NCBI GenBank assembly: GCA_902802325.1
Contig: CADCLV010000003.1
Span: 68,026-132,025 of the forward strand
Reading direction: 5' to 3'
Origin: Oscillospiraceae bacterium
GTDB lineage: Bacteria; Bacillota; Clostridia; Saccharofermentanales; Saccharofermentanaceae
Length of the DNA stretch: 64,000 nt
Shown here: positions 38,437 to 48,324 of the stretch, piece after piece
Layout: each line of letters begins with the position of its first letter
Numbering within the stretch: the stretch's first letter is position 1
The notes under the pieces: model-generated
Database searches by the model: none
What the model saw: only the letters and a program-made list of their open reading frames with translations
What the model was told of the DNA's origin: nothing
Translations under genes and position numbers: made by a program

Positions 38437-38459
38437 GGAACGGGGAGCAGGAGGTATAT

Positions 38460-39563
38460 ATGTCCGATTTTGATGGAAATCAAGAACAGCAGATCATGGC
38501 TGAAATTACCGAGGACGTGACTAATAAAAAGTGCCCGAACTGTGGTGCGACTGTAGTCTTTGATCCGGAATCCGGTGGAATGCTTTGTGAGTTCTGCGGC
38601 TATAAGACAGAACTTCCGAAACCGGATGCAGGAAGTTCGATTTGTGAATTGGATTTTGAATCTGCGACACAGACTGCCAGCTTTGAGTGGGGTGCTCAGA
38701 AGAAGGCTGTAGTTTGTAAGCAGTGCGGTGCGGAAACGATTTATGATGCATTGGAGACTGCTGCGGTTTGTCCGTTCTGCGGATCCACCAGCGTTATGCC
38801 TGCGGCGAGCAATGATTCTATGGCTCCGGGTGCGGTTGTTCCGTTTGCCATATCTAAAGAAAAGGCCGGAGAGAAGTTCACATCCTGGATCAAAGGCAAG
38901 CTCTTCACTCCGTCTAAGGCGAAGAAGAGCGCAAGACCGGAATCTTTCCAGGGCGTATATCTTCCGTACTGGACCTATGATGCCCAGACCACATCTTCTT
39001 TCTCTGCCCGTGCCGGTTACGAAAAGCGCGTAAAGAGAGGCGACCAGTATGTAACGGAGGTTACCTGGCGTCCGGTAAGCGGTGTATATCAGGAATTCAT
39101 CGATGATGAGACCGTTATGGCTTCCAAGAAATCCGAGAACTCCATCGTGAAGAAGTGTGAGCCTTTCGATCTTACTAAGCTGGTTCCGTATTCTCCGCAA
39201 GTTGTGGCAGGCTTCATTGCCGAGCGTTACTCGGTAGGTCTGAAGGAAGGCTGGGATATGGCTCAGGTTTCGATCAAGAAGAAACTGCAGAGCAACATTA
39301 ATCAGTACATCCGCAGAAATTGGAGATGTGACCGTGTTGATTCTCTGAGATTCTCTACCTTATATAGTAATATTACATATAAATACTTACTTGTTCCGGT
39401 ATGGATCTCGTCTTTCAAGTTCAACGATAAGGTCTACCAGTTTGTTGTTAACGGACAGACCGGTAAGGTGGGAGGAAGTGCACCGATTTCCATTCTTCGT
39501 GTACTGGCAGCTATCGGTATTGGTATTCTGGTAATCGCACTGCTGTACAATTTGACTCACTAA
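38460..39563 (+). CDS. Double zinc-ribbon protein with a C-terminal TM anchor (hypothetical)
   Basis: CPNCG...CEFCG and CKQCG...CPFCG ribbons. C-terminal helix ILRVLAAIGIGILVIALLY. The ATG at 38460 follows GGAGCAGGAGG. Confidence 0.65.
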   Translation: MSDFDGNQEQQIMAEITEDVTNKKCPNCGATVVFDPESGGMLCEFCGYKTELPKPDAGSSICELDFESATQTASFEWGAQKKAVVCKQCGAETIYDALETAAVCPFCGSTSVMPAASNDSMAPGAVVPFAISKEKAGEKFTSWIKGKLFTPSKAKKSARPESFQGVYLPYWTYDAQTTSSFSARAGYEKRVKRGDQYVTEVTWRPVSGVYQEFIDDETVMASKKSENSIVKKCEPFDLTKLVPYSPQVVAGFIAERYSVGLKEGWDMAQVSIKKKLQSNINQYIRRNWRCDRVDSLRFSTLYSNITYKYLLVPVWISSFKFNDKVYQFVVNGQTGKVGGSAPISILRVLAAIGIGILVIALLYNLTH

Positions 39564-39612
39564 TTGCCTCAAGGAAAAATTAGAGTACAACAAAATAATG
39601 AAAGATTATAGC

Positions 39613-39647
39613 AAAAGACCGTAATTTATATTACGGTCTTTTGTTTT
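39613..39647 (+). terminator. Intrinsic terminator ending the glg operon
   Basis: AAAAGACCGTAA pairs with TTACGGTCTTTT, followed by GTTTT. Confidence 0.85.
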
Positions 39648-39788
39648 AATTGTGTCGGAATTGTGAAGTTTGTGCATTTTGCACATACGAAAACGGTTGA
39701 GCAAATAGATTTGATATAATATCATGTTATTGGTTGGGACTAGGTATGCCCTAGTTTATTTTGGTTTGATGACATACGGAGGGTTGAC

Positions 39789-42700
39789 ATGACAGACGAG
39801 AAGACACAGCTTCAGGCTACCGGTGGCCGTCGTTTTGGCCGCTGGGTTCGGACATTATCTTGCACACTCGTTATTGCTTTCCTTGGCGCACAAGGTATCG
39901 CCGCACTTCCTAATGGAGTATTTGAACAGCACTTGTCTCGTGACGCAGGTTCCGGATTAAATCCGCAGAACCCGTTTAACTATGTGCTTTTCACATCAGG
40001 CGATCTGGAGATCGGTGGCGGTGAAGGCCATCACTCTACTGGCGCTATGGCAGTTGGTGGTAATGCTACATTTGGCAGTTATTCATTTGTTTCAGATAAC
40101 GCTGCACCGGGTGAGAGAGGATTATCTCAGCTGGTCGTAGGCGGAGAATTGAACTTTGGTAACCTCGATGGACTTCGTGGTAACCTGGAAGTTTCCTCTG
40201 CTTCTAATATCCATGGTGAGCAATATTCCTTCACCGATGAGAAATATCATCTGGTGGAAGGTGTTACCGTCAACTTCTCAGGCGTTATGGATAACATGAT
40301 TGCCAAAGCGGATAATGCTAACAGCCGTGCACAGTCTTCCTCCAACGCGATCCTGAACACTCAGGGCGGTGGAGACTGGCTCGAAGTGGAAGCAAAGACT
40401 CCGGATGGATTTAATAAAGATGAAGATACTCTTATCTTCAACCTGCCGGCCGGTACCGATAAGCTTTTTGTACCGGAAGGCGTAAACGTGATCATTAACG
40501 TTCGCGGCGATTCCATCAACGAGATCCCGCAGCTGATGTATGGTTCTTTCTCCAGCTCCAGCCGTCCGAACGATGCCGGTGACGAACGTGATGCTCACAT
40601 TGTATGGAACTGTGCAGAAGCATACAGCGTTTACATGCAGGACAACCTGGCTCTGCATGGTGCTCTTCTTGCTCCGCATGCTTATGTAAAGAAACTGGGT
40701 GGTAACTCCAACGGTGCCATCATCTGTGCTTCGATCTACTGCACATCTGAGTTCCATCGTGTACAGAATGTAGTTAAGTTCACGACTCCGACGCCGAAGC
40801 CGACTGACACACCGACACCGACTCCGACTAACACACCTACTCCGACAAATACACCTACACCTACTCCGACGAATACACCTACTCCGACACCGACGAATAC
40901 GCCGACTCCGACGGAGACCCCGACGCCGACTCCGACCAACACTCCGACTCCGACGCCGACAAACACACCTACACCTACAAATACACCTACACCTACAAAT
41001 ACACCTACTCCGACGCCGACCAATACTCCGACGCCTACACCTACAAATACACCAACTCCGAAGCCGACTGCTACTCCGGTACCTACCAATACACCGGTTC
41101 CGACAGCGACTCCGATCCCGACCGTGACAGCGACTCCGGTTCCGACTAATACACCTACTCCGACACCGACTCCTCTTGCAAAGGTAACAGTCAGCAAGCA
41201 GGACATCAATGGTACCGGTGAACTTGAAGGCGCTGTTCTGAAGATCAGCCGTGATTCTGCCGGTAAGCAGATCGTAAAAGATGCTGTAACAGGTAAGGAA
41301 CTGACTTGGACATCCGGTAAGACAGCTAAGCAGGTAAGCCTCCTGGATGGCGTGTACTATCTGACTGAGATTACCGCTCCGAATGGCTACGAAGTATCTG
41401 AAGTGGTTTCTTTCAAGATCACTGACGGTAAAGTATCCAAGGTTGGTAATGCCGGTGATGTAAACGGCAACACCGTTATTATGTATGATGCTCCGAATCC
41501 GACTGTAAAGATCTCTAAGGTAGATCTCGGTTCCGGAAATGAAATCGCAGGTGCGAAAATCGTTCTCAGCGACGTAAACGGTAAGACAGTAGAGTCCTGG
41601 ACATCTTCCACATCTGCTCATGAAGTGAAGATTCCTTCCGGTACATATTTCCTGAAGGAGACTGCTGCTCCGGATGGATATCAGAAGGTTGAGTCTACAT
41701 TTAAGTTTACTGTAGACAAGAATGGAAAGGTTACATTGGATCGTGCGACAACCAATGGTGACTGCGAGTATGTAAATGGCAAAATCGTGATCAAGAACGC
41801 TCTGCTGCCTACACCTACTCCGACAAATACACCTACACCGACACCGACCAATACACCTACACCTACACCTACAAACACACCTACACCGACACCGACGAAT
41901 ACGCCGACTCCGGTTCCGACGAATACGCCGACTCCGACAAGCACACCTACACCGACGCCGACAAGTACGCCGACACCGACTCCGAAGCCGACTGCTACTC
42001 CGATCCCGACAGCAACTCCGGTTCCGACAGTAACTCCGTTGCCGACAAATACACCGACTCCGGTTCCGACGAATACTCCTACACCGACGCCTCTGACGAA
42101 AGTGACGGTCAGCAAGCAGGATATCAATGGTACGGGCGAACTCGAGGGGGCTGTACTGAAGGTAAGCAGCGATGCTGACGGAAGAAATATCGTTTTGGAT
42201 GCGGTAACAGGTGAGAAGCTCACTTGGACATCTGGTAAGACTGCTAAGCAGGTTAGCCTCCTCAATGGTGTCTACTACCTGACCGAGACCACAGCTCCGG
42301 ACGGCTACGAAGTTTCTGAAGTAGTTTCCTTCCGTGTAGTTGACGGTAAGGTCGTAAAGGTTGGAAATGCCGGCGATGTAAACGGAAACACCGTAGTTAT
42401 GTTTGATGCACCGAACCCGACCGTGAAGATCGCAAAAGTTGATCTTGGTAACGGAAATGAGATTCCGGGCGCTTCGATCGAACTGAAGGATGCCAAGGGT
42501 ACAGTTATTGATAGCTGGGTATCTACTGATGAAGCTCACGAAGTGAAGATTCCTGCCGGTACTTATACTCTGAAGGAAGTTGTTGCTCCGAAGGGTTATG
42601 TAAAGGTTGATTCTGAATTCACGTTTACTGTAGATGTAAACGGCGATGTTGTTCTCGACAGTGCTGTATCTACAGGTGAGTGCGAGTATGTAAACGGTCA

Positions 42701-43466
42701 GATCGTGATCAAGAATGCAGCAAACCCGTTCGTTAAGATCTCCAAGGTTGACCTTGGTAACGGTAACGAGATCCCGGGTGCTACGATCGAACTGAGTGAT
42801 GCAAATGGCAATACGATCGAGACGTGGGTATCTGCTGATACCGCTCATGAGGTGATCCTGCCTGCCGGTACATATACTCTGAAAGAGCAGGCTGCACCGA
42901 ATGGTTACCAGAAGGTTGATTCCGAGTTCACATTTACAGTAGATGCTGATGGTAAGGTTGTTCTTGACAGTGCTGTATCTACCGGTGAGTGTGAGTATGT
43001 AGACGGTAAGATCGTCATTAAGAATGCTCCGATCTTCACACCTACACCGTCGCCGATCCCGACAGCTACTCCGACACCTATGCCGACAGCTACTCCGATC
43101 CCGACAGCAACACCGGTTCCGACCGCGACACCTGTTCCGGATGACGTAATCGGAAGACGTAAGGGTCAGATGGATTCCATCACTTCTACACCGACTCCGA
43201 TCCCGACAGCAACACCGGTTCCGACCGAGACTCCGGTTCCGGCAGATCCGACAGCAACACCGGTTCCGACTGAAGTTCCGGTTGAGCCGACAGCAACACC
43301 TGTTCCGCCGGTAGAAGAAGCTGTACTGGGTGAGTCCCGTATCCCGAAGACTGGTGATACCGGTTCTTCCGTGAAACTTCTGGCTGGTCTGTTCTTCTTG
43401 GCAGCATCTGCAGCGACAATCACTGTAGTTGTTTCCCGTAAGAAAGAAGAAGAAGAGAATCTGTAA
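39789..43466 (+). CDS. Sortase-anchored cell-surface protein: choice-of-anchor-A-like N-domain, P/T-rich linkers and five SpaA/Cna-B-type (prealbumin-fold) domains
   Basis: Signal peptide. [32 protein letters not shown] resembles choice-of-anchor A. Repeated [25 protein letters not shown] and [15 protein letters not shown] domains. C-terminal IPKTG followed by a hydrophobic helix and RKKEEE tail. Confidence 0.85.
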   Translation: MTDEKTQLQATGGRRFGRWVRTLSCTLVIAFLGAQGIAALPNGVFEQHLSRDAGSGLNPQNPFNYVLFTSGDLEIGGGEGHHSTGAMAVGGNATFGSYSFVSDNAAPGERGLSQLVVGGELNFGNLDGLRGNLEVSSASNIHGEQYSFTDEKYHLVEGVTVNFSGVMDNMIAKADNANSRAQSSSNAILNTQGGGDWLEVEAKTPDGFNKDEDTLIFNLPAGTDKLFVPEGVNVIINVRGDSINEIPQLMYGSFSSSSRPNDAGDERDAHIVWNCAEAYSVYMQDNLALHGALLAPHAYVKKLGGNSNGAIICASIYCTSEFHRVQNVVKFTTPTPKPTDTPTPTPTNTPTPTNTPTPTPTNTPTPTPTNTPTPTETPTPTPTNTPTPTPTNTPTPTNTPTPTNTPTPTPTNTPTPTPTNTPTPKPTATPVPTNTPVPTATPIPTVTATPVPTNTPTPTPTPLAKVTVSKQDINGTGELEGAVLKISRDSAGKQIVKDAVTGKELTWTSGKTAKQVSLLDGVYYLTEITAPNGYEVSEVVSFKITDGKVSKVGNAGDVNGNTVIMYDAPNPTVKISKVDLGSGNEIAGAKIVLSDVNGKTVESWTSSTSAHEVKIPSGTYFLKETAAPDGYQKVESTFKFTVDKNGKVTLDRATTNGDCEYVNGKIVIKNALLPTPTPTNTPTPTPTNTPTPTPTNTPTPTPTNTPTPVPTNTPTPTSTPTPTPTSTPTPTPKPTATPIPTATPVPTVTPLPTNTPTPVPTNTPTPTPLTKVTVSKQDINGTGELEGAVLKVSSDADGRNIVLDAVTGEKLTWTSGKTAKQVSLLNGVYYLTETTAPDGYEVSEVVSFRVVDGKVVKVGNAGDVNGNTVVMFDAPNPTVKIAKVDLGNGNEIPGASIELKDAKGTVIDSWVSTDEAHEVKIPAGTYTLKEVVAPKGYVKVDSEFTFTVDVNGDVVLDSAVSTGECEYVNGQIVIKNAANPFVKISKVDLGNGNEIPGATIELSDANGNTIETWVSADTAHEVILPAGTYTLKEQAAPNGYQKVDSEFTFTVDADGKVVLDSAVSTGECEYVDGKIVIKNAPIFTPTPSPIPTATPTPMPTATPIPTATPVPTATPVPDDVIGRRKGQMDSITSTPTPIPTATPVPTETPVPADPTATPVPTEVPVEPTATPVPPVEEAVLGESRIPKTGDTGSSVKLLAGLFFLAASAATITVVVSRKKEEEENL
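40783..41175 (+). repeat. Coding tandem repeat, (T-P-T-P-T-N/P)n linker 1
   Basis: Degenerate ACnCCnAC(n) periodicity that translates to [12 protein letters not shown]... Confidence 0.9.
41176..43036 (+). repeat. Segmental duplication inside the surface-protein gene: domain pair A-B (41176-41806), linker 2 (41807-42092), then A-B-B (42093-43036)
   Basis: The translated copies align almost residue for residue, for example [20 protein letters not shown] and [29 protein letters not shown]. Confidence 0.85.
43037..43310 (+). repeat. Coding P/T/A/V-rich linker 3
   Basis: Reiterations of [14 protein letters not shown]. Confidence 0.8.
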
Positions 43467-43486
43467 TAACTAGGATTAAAGCAGGA

Positions 43487-43520
43487 AGGCCGCTTTCGTA
43501 AGAAGGCGGCCTTTTTGTTA
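43487..43520 (+). terminator. Intrinsic terminator after the surface-protein gene
   Basis: AAGGCCGC (43487-43494) pairs with GCGGCCTT (43507-43514), followed by TTTTG. Confidence 0.8.
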
Positions 43521-43581
43521 TTTGGTGAAAAATGCGATAGAATAAAAAAGAATATGCTGAGTCAGAAGGGGTACGACCAAC

Positions 43582-46500
43582 ATGATCGATTATTATAACG
43601 CGTTTATTTCATATAAGCATGCGCCTGTGGATAATCAGGTTGCTGCTCATATTCAGGCCGCTTTAGAGCATTTCCATATTCCCGGAAAGATCAGGAAAAA
43701 GACCGGAAAGAAGCAGATCCAGCGTGTGTTCCGTGACAAGGACGAATTGCCGATCACAAGCGACCTTAGTGATACGATTTCCCAGGCACTGGAAAACTCC
43801 GACTATCTGATCGTTATCTGTTCAACAAGTACATGTAAGTCTGAGTGGGTAAAAAGGGAGATCCAGTATTTTCTTCGAAACCATACTCATGACCAGATCC
43901 TTACTGTCCTTGCCGAGGGAGAACCGGAAGAGGTGATCCCGGAAGAACTTCGTACAGAAGAAAGACTTCTTCCAAATTCAGATGGATCTGCATCGTATGT
44001 ACGAGTTCCGATTGAACCGCTCTCCTGCGATTACCGTATGCCTTTCCGAAAGGCGGATAAAGAGGAACTGCCTCGTCTTGCTGCGGCTTTGATCGGATGT
44101 TCATACGACGAACTGATGAACCGCAGAAGACAATATCAGATGCGGCGTATCGGAATACTGGCGTTGATCCTTACTGTTTTGGCACTGGGATTTAGTTTCT
44201 ATACGATAAATACAGCCAGAAAAATCGACAAGAATTACCAGGCTTCATTGCGAAATCAATCGCTTTATCTGGCCAATGAATCTCAAAAACTACTTCAAGA
44301 TGAGCGCCGGATCGAGGCGATCCAGGTAGCACTGGAAGCCTTGCCGAACAATCGGATGGACAGACCGGTAACTGCTGAAGCAATCAAAGCTTTAACAGAT
44401 GCGACACTGGCATATCAACCTGTATCTGGTAACAGTATCTTTGCGGTATGGAATTATCGCATGTCATCTACTATCCGGAAGATGCAGGTTTCGCCCGAGG
44501 GAGATTGTTTTGCTTGTATAGATGATACCGGGAGTTTGAGTGTCTGGGAGACAGAAACTCATGGATTACTTTTCGAATATCATCTTTCAGATTATAAAAT
44601 TCTCGGATTTGCATTCATCGATGAGAATACTCTTGTTCTTTGGGGAGGACGGGAGTTTTATTGCTTTGAACTAGATACGAATGAGAGAATCTGGAGTCTG
44701 AAACTTGATTCCAAGATCATAAATGACAGCTATGCACTTTCAGAAGACAGGAAAAGTCTGTATTTACCGACGAATACGGGTAAATTATTAAAAATATCTA
44801 CTGATGAAGGTAAAGTGATCAATGAGTGGGAGATTTCACAATATTATGATTACAATGTCATATTATACAATAAAGTAACGTTATCTCCGGATGAGAAGAA
44901 TCTTCTTTTAGCTTATGAAACATTGGATTGTGCATATGTGGCTATTTTCGAACTAGAGTCCGGACTATTTCGTGATAACCTGTTATCGAATCCGAGGCTG
45001 ATAGATGTGACCTGGACAGATCCGGAGCATTTTCTGGTTGCTTCCTATGATGATTCAGATTCTATGGCGTATGAAGTAGGTTCAGCCAGGATCGTTAAGG
45101 ACAATTTTATTCAGATCGACTGTTTGTCACAAGCTGATTTCAGTACTGTATGGAGCAATCAGGCACAGTATAATGATATTCGTATTCGATCCGGATTCCT
45201 TGATCTTCCGGGATTTGATCAGACTGCGTTTTTTTGCTCGAATCGTATAATGAAATTCAAAAATTCCGATGGACAAATAGCGTGTTCTTATAATCTTACT
45301 ACCAGTCTGATCGATATTTCTGATCGTGATCAAGATGGATTACCAATCGGTATATCTACTGATGGAGATATTATTACGCTTACCCCGAATGTAGGAGAGA
45401 CAGCGTTTGCATACACCCCGACATTCACGGACTTACTGGATATGGCCTTAGTATATGAAGGTGTGTATGTTCATAGAGCCGGTAGTAACGAAGTAATCTT
45501 CTATGAAGCTTATGTAGGTGATGAGGATTGGGAGAAAATTGAAGAGATTCCGTCTGTTCCGACGTCAAACACTTGTATTAGTGATGACTATATGGTGGTA
45601 GAGGTGGGAAATTCTCAAGCTATAGAATTGTTTGCTTACGATGTCAATTCGAATGAACCGATTTGGAATGAAGAAATTAAAGACATGAAGAATACCTGTT
45701 GTTTGCTTGGCATATATGACGATGTGCTGTATCTTGTTTCCAAAGATATGGACAGTAATACGAATCTTTTGGGAATCAATATGGAAGATGGGAGCATAGA
45801 AGTAAAAGAAAACTTTACGGGGCAAAGGTCATATGAGTATCATGTTGCTTCATTGACGGATGAGAAATTGGCCTATTTATATTCTTCTTCAACAAAGAAC
45901 GATGGATGTCTGAAACTACGGGATCTGGATACAGGTAAAACGAAGAAGTTTGATTTGCTTTTAGATTCTTATCGTCCAAACTTAGCACCGGTTTATTTCT
46001 CCCAGGCTGATGCCATCTATTATTCTGATGAAATAGAAGGAGACTACATTATCGATGTGGAAGAAAATGAATTTCATCATATAGAGTTTCCTGCTTCGTG
46101 GTCGGAGACGGCGTTCGTAAATATGGATCCGAGCGGGGAGTTCTTCCTGGTCGGAAATAGTAACTCTGTGCTGGTATTGGATCGGGAGGGTGAGACTGTA
46201 TTTGAAGTGGGGCATATGGAAATGCGGCCTATTGGTTCTGATGTGTATTCAACAGGAAAGATTAAGGATGAACTTTTAGTTGTTTATTCAGATGGGGCAT
46301 TGTGCCGGTATGATTTAAAAACAGGAGCCCTTCTTGGAAAAATGCAAACATCAGCATCAATGGACGAATCAAATGATTTTTTTACGGTATCTTTTCAGTT
46401 CGATACGGAACGATCAACACTGTTTTTGCAACTGATGAGTGAAACATATGTGATCGATCTGAATAGCTGGGTGGAAGTGGCGACTGTCGGAAACAGTATC

Positions 46501-46671
46501 GGTTATTGTCCGGTCAACGACGAATTCTTCAGTTATTCAATTGCATCTTCAAAAGAAATCAGTATGGGATATTTCCGCCACTATACGCTTGAGGAGCTGA
46601 TTGAGAAGGGAAAGAAGATCACTCAGAATACAGAACTAACGCCGGAGCAGAGATCTGAATACGGAATCTGA
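43582..46671 (+). CDS. TIR domain - single TM helix - large beta-propeller-like extracytoplasmic domain protein
   Basis: N-terminal YNAFISYKH...DYLIVICSTSTCKSEWVKREIQYF (TIR_2-like, with Glu93 in the S.W...E motif). RRRQYQMRR followed by the helix IGILALILTVLALGFSFYTI (aa 189-209). About 820 aa follow with WD40/PQQ-like repeat character (ERIWSL, EPIWNE). Confidence 0.8.
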   Translation: MIDYYNAFISYKHAPVDNQVAAHIQAALEHFHIPGKIRKKTGKKQIQRVFRDKDELPITSDLSDTISQALENSDYLIVICSTSTCKSEWVKREIQYFLRNHTHDQILTVLAEGEPEEVIPEELRTEERLLPNSDGSASYVRVPIEPLSCDYRMPFRKADKEELPRLAAALIGCSYDELMNRRRQYQMRRIGILALILTVLALGFSFYTINTARKIDKNYQASLRNQSLYLANESQKLLQDERRIEAIQVALEALPNNRMDRPVTAEAIKALTDATLAYQPVSGNSIFAVWNYRMSSTIRKMQVSPEGDCFACIDDTGSLSVWETETHGLLFEYHLSDYKILGFAFIDENTLVLWGGREFYCFELDTNERIWSLKLDSKIINDSYALSEDRKSLYLPTNTGKLLKISTDEGKVINEWEISQYYDYNVILYNKVTLSPDEKNLLLAYETLDCAYVAIFELESGLFRDNLLSNPRLIDVTWTDPEHFLVASYDDSDSMAYEVGSARIVKDNFIQIDCLSQADFSTVWSNQAQYNDIRIRSGFLDLPGFDQTAFFCSNRIMKFKNSDGQIACSYNLTTSLIDISDRDQDGLPIGISTDGDIITLTPNVGETAFAYTPTFTDLLDMALVYEGVYVHRAGSNEVIFYEAYVGDEDWEKIEEIPSVPTSNTCISDDYMVVEVGNSQAIELFAYDVNSNEPIWNEEIKDMKNTCCLLGIYDDVLYLVSKDMDSNTNLLGINMEDGSIEVKENFTGQRSYEYHVASLTDEKLAYLYSSSTKNDGCLKLRDLDTGKTKKFDLLLDSYRPNLAPVYFSQADAIYYSDEIEGDYIIDVEENEFHHIEFPASWSETAFVNMDPSGEFFLVGNSNSVLVLDREGETVFEVGHMEMRPIGSDVYSTGKIKDELLVVYSDGALCRYDLKTGALLGKMQTSASMDESNDFFTVSFQFDTERSTLFLQLMSETYVIDLNSWVEVATVGNSIGYCPVNDEFFSYSIASSKEISMGYFRHYTLEELIEKGKKITQNTELTPEQRSEYGI

Positions 46672-46688
46672 TTTGTTTAAAGAATGTT

Positions 46689-48173
46689 TTACTTGGCTTC
46701 TTCGTAAAGCTGATCGAAAAGACCACCCTTAATGATGTAGATATCATGGGGGTCTCCTTCACGTACGGCAATATAGTCGCCCGGACGGCCTAAGTAATAC
46801 TTTTCTTCATCCCAAACAGTGAAGAGCTTGATGTGGTTTTCAAGCGGACGGGCATAAATGCGTCCGCCGCCATTACTGATCACGGCTTTCGCGAATTCCA
46901 TTACGTTCTTTTTTGATCCATTGGACAGATCCGTGACACTCGGAGCATATTCGAATGTACGGTCGAAAGGCTTGTTGAGCTCTTTATAACTATCCAGAAG
47001 CTTTTTACGGTTGATGGGATATACTTCGCCTTCGATACCGATCATGAGATAACTGTCTTCTTCTACAATGGTGTTGATATCTCCTTCCAGAGTACGGACT
47101 TCGACTCTCGTTCCCGGATCGAACAGATCGGTCATATGGACAGCACCCACTTCCTGCGGAAGTTTCTGGTAGAGTTTCATGTTGGAAGTATCCAGCACGG
47201 TTTCTTTCGAGTAGAGGATCGTAAACATGTCAAAATACTCTTCCATACGCTTCTGGAAGATCGTAGCGGGATCGGCGTCAAGTTTTTCCGGACGCAGAGA
47301 ACCGCCTGCTTTAAAGATATGTCCGCCGCCTCCGCCATAGCCTTCAGCCAAAAAGGCTGCCAGTTCATTGGCATGTACCTCTTTGACACAGCTTCTGACA
47401 GAAAACTTTACTTCAAGGTTACTGACATAGTAAGCAAGGCAAACATCGACACTGTCTGTTTCCAGAGAAAAGTCAGAGATCACGCCCAGAATGTTCGGAT
47501 CGCAGGGCTCCGCCTGAAGGATCAGATAGTGATGGGAATCATAGTACTGATAATCCAGTATCGCTTTTCCGGAGATCTTCAGTTCTCCAAGGGAAATATT
47601 TGCATTACACATACGGGTGATCAATGTGCGCTGCACGGAAGTCAGGTTATCCAGCATATCCCGGTCAAGCGGGTGGGAAACTTCGGAAAGACGGTTTGTA
47701 TCTGTGTAAAGGCCATAATAGAGGATCGTAGAAAGATCTTTATCATCATTCGGATTGAGTCCTTCCTGACGGATCAGATTCCAGACAACAGTGGCACAGC
47801 TTCCGAGATTTCCTCGGACTTCAGATAACTCCGGAAGAGGAGAAGTGACCTGATGATGGTCGATCACGGCGATGGTATCCGCTTGGGTTTCGGTTACATT
47901 ACGCTGTCCGTACTGGCAATCCACATTGATCAGAAGACCGTTCACTTTCTGAAGATCCGGTGCATATTCGATCGGGATATGAAGTTCATTTACCATGATC
48001 TTCAGATTGCTTTTGGTGATCTCATTATGTCCGCGGTAAATGAACCTGGCTTTCTTTCCCATCTTCTGGAAATACCACATCAAAGCGGCGCCGGAGGCTA
48101 AAGCGTCGGCATCCGGATTGTCGTGACACTGAATAACGATTTCTGGATAGGAAAGAAGTTCTGAAAGTTTCAT
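46689..48173 (-). CDS. DHH/DHHA1 family phosphoesterase (NrnA-like) with a roughly 170-aa C-terminal extension
   Basis: HDNPDADALAS, the DHH motif (VIDHHQ) and DHHA1 GGGGH. I place the start at MKLSELL (48173) because it follows AAGGAGAA. Confidence 0.8.
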   Translation of the reverse strand: MKLSELLSYPEIVIQCHDNPDADALASGAALMWYFQKMGKKARFIYRGHNEITKSNLKIMVNELHIPIEYAPDLQKVNGLLINVDCQYGQRNVTETQADTIAVIDHHQVTSPLPELSEVRGNLGSCATVVWNLIRQEGLNPNDDKDLSTILYYGLYTDTNRLSEVSHPLDRDMLDNLTSVQRTLITRMCNANISLGELKISGKAILDYQYYDSHHYLILQAEPCDPNILGVISDFSLETDSVDVCLAYYVSNLEVKFSVRSCVKEVHANELAAFLAEGYGGGGGHIFKAGGSLRPEKLDADPATIFQKRMEEYFDMFTILYSKETVLDTSNMKLYQKLPQEVGAVHMTDLFDPGTRVEVRTLEGDINTIVEEDSYLMIGIEGEVYPINRKKLLDSYKELNKPFDRTFEYAPSVTDLSNGSKKNVMEFAKAVISNGGGRIYARPLENHIKLFTVWDEEKYYLGRPGDYIAVREGDPHDIYIIKGGLFDQLYEEAK

Positions 48174-48272
48174 GCATGATTCTCCTTGCATTTCGTTCCA
48201 ATTCATTGTACCATTCTTTTCCGCACTTAACAAAAAAGTATGATGTATTCCGTACCAAGTCAAAAATCACTA

Positions 48273-48301
48273 TTGACACGTCAAGTTTCAATCAGTATAA
48301 T
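48273..48301 (+). promoter_or_regulatory. Consensus sigma-A promoter of tRNA-Leu
   Basis: TTGACA (48273-48278), 17-nt spacer, TATAAT (48296-48301). Confidence 0.75.
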
Positions 48302-48324
48302 GATTCATGCTTTTAAGGCGCCAT

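Noticed and set aside
39671-39685. Inverted repeat TGTGCA-TTT-TGCACA upstream of the adhesin gene as an operator
   Set aside because: The arms are only 6 bp and there is a single occurrence, so it cannot be distinguished from chance without comparative data.
40783-41175. Highly periodic short DNA repeats that look superficially like an array (also at 41807-42092, 43037-43310, 49122-49259 and 25195-25255)
   Set aside because: The periods are 6-15 nt, there are no unique spacers, and the repeats are in frame with long ORFs. They encode Pro/Thr-rich linkers and are not CRISPR or other noncoding arrays.
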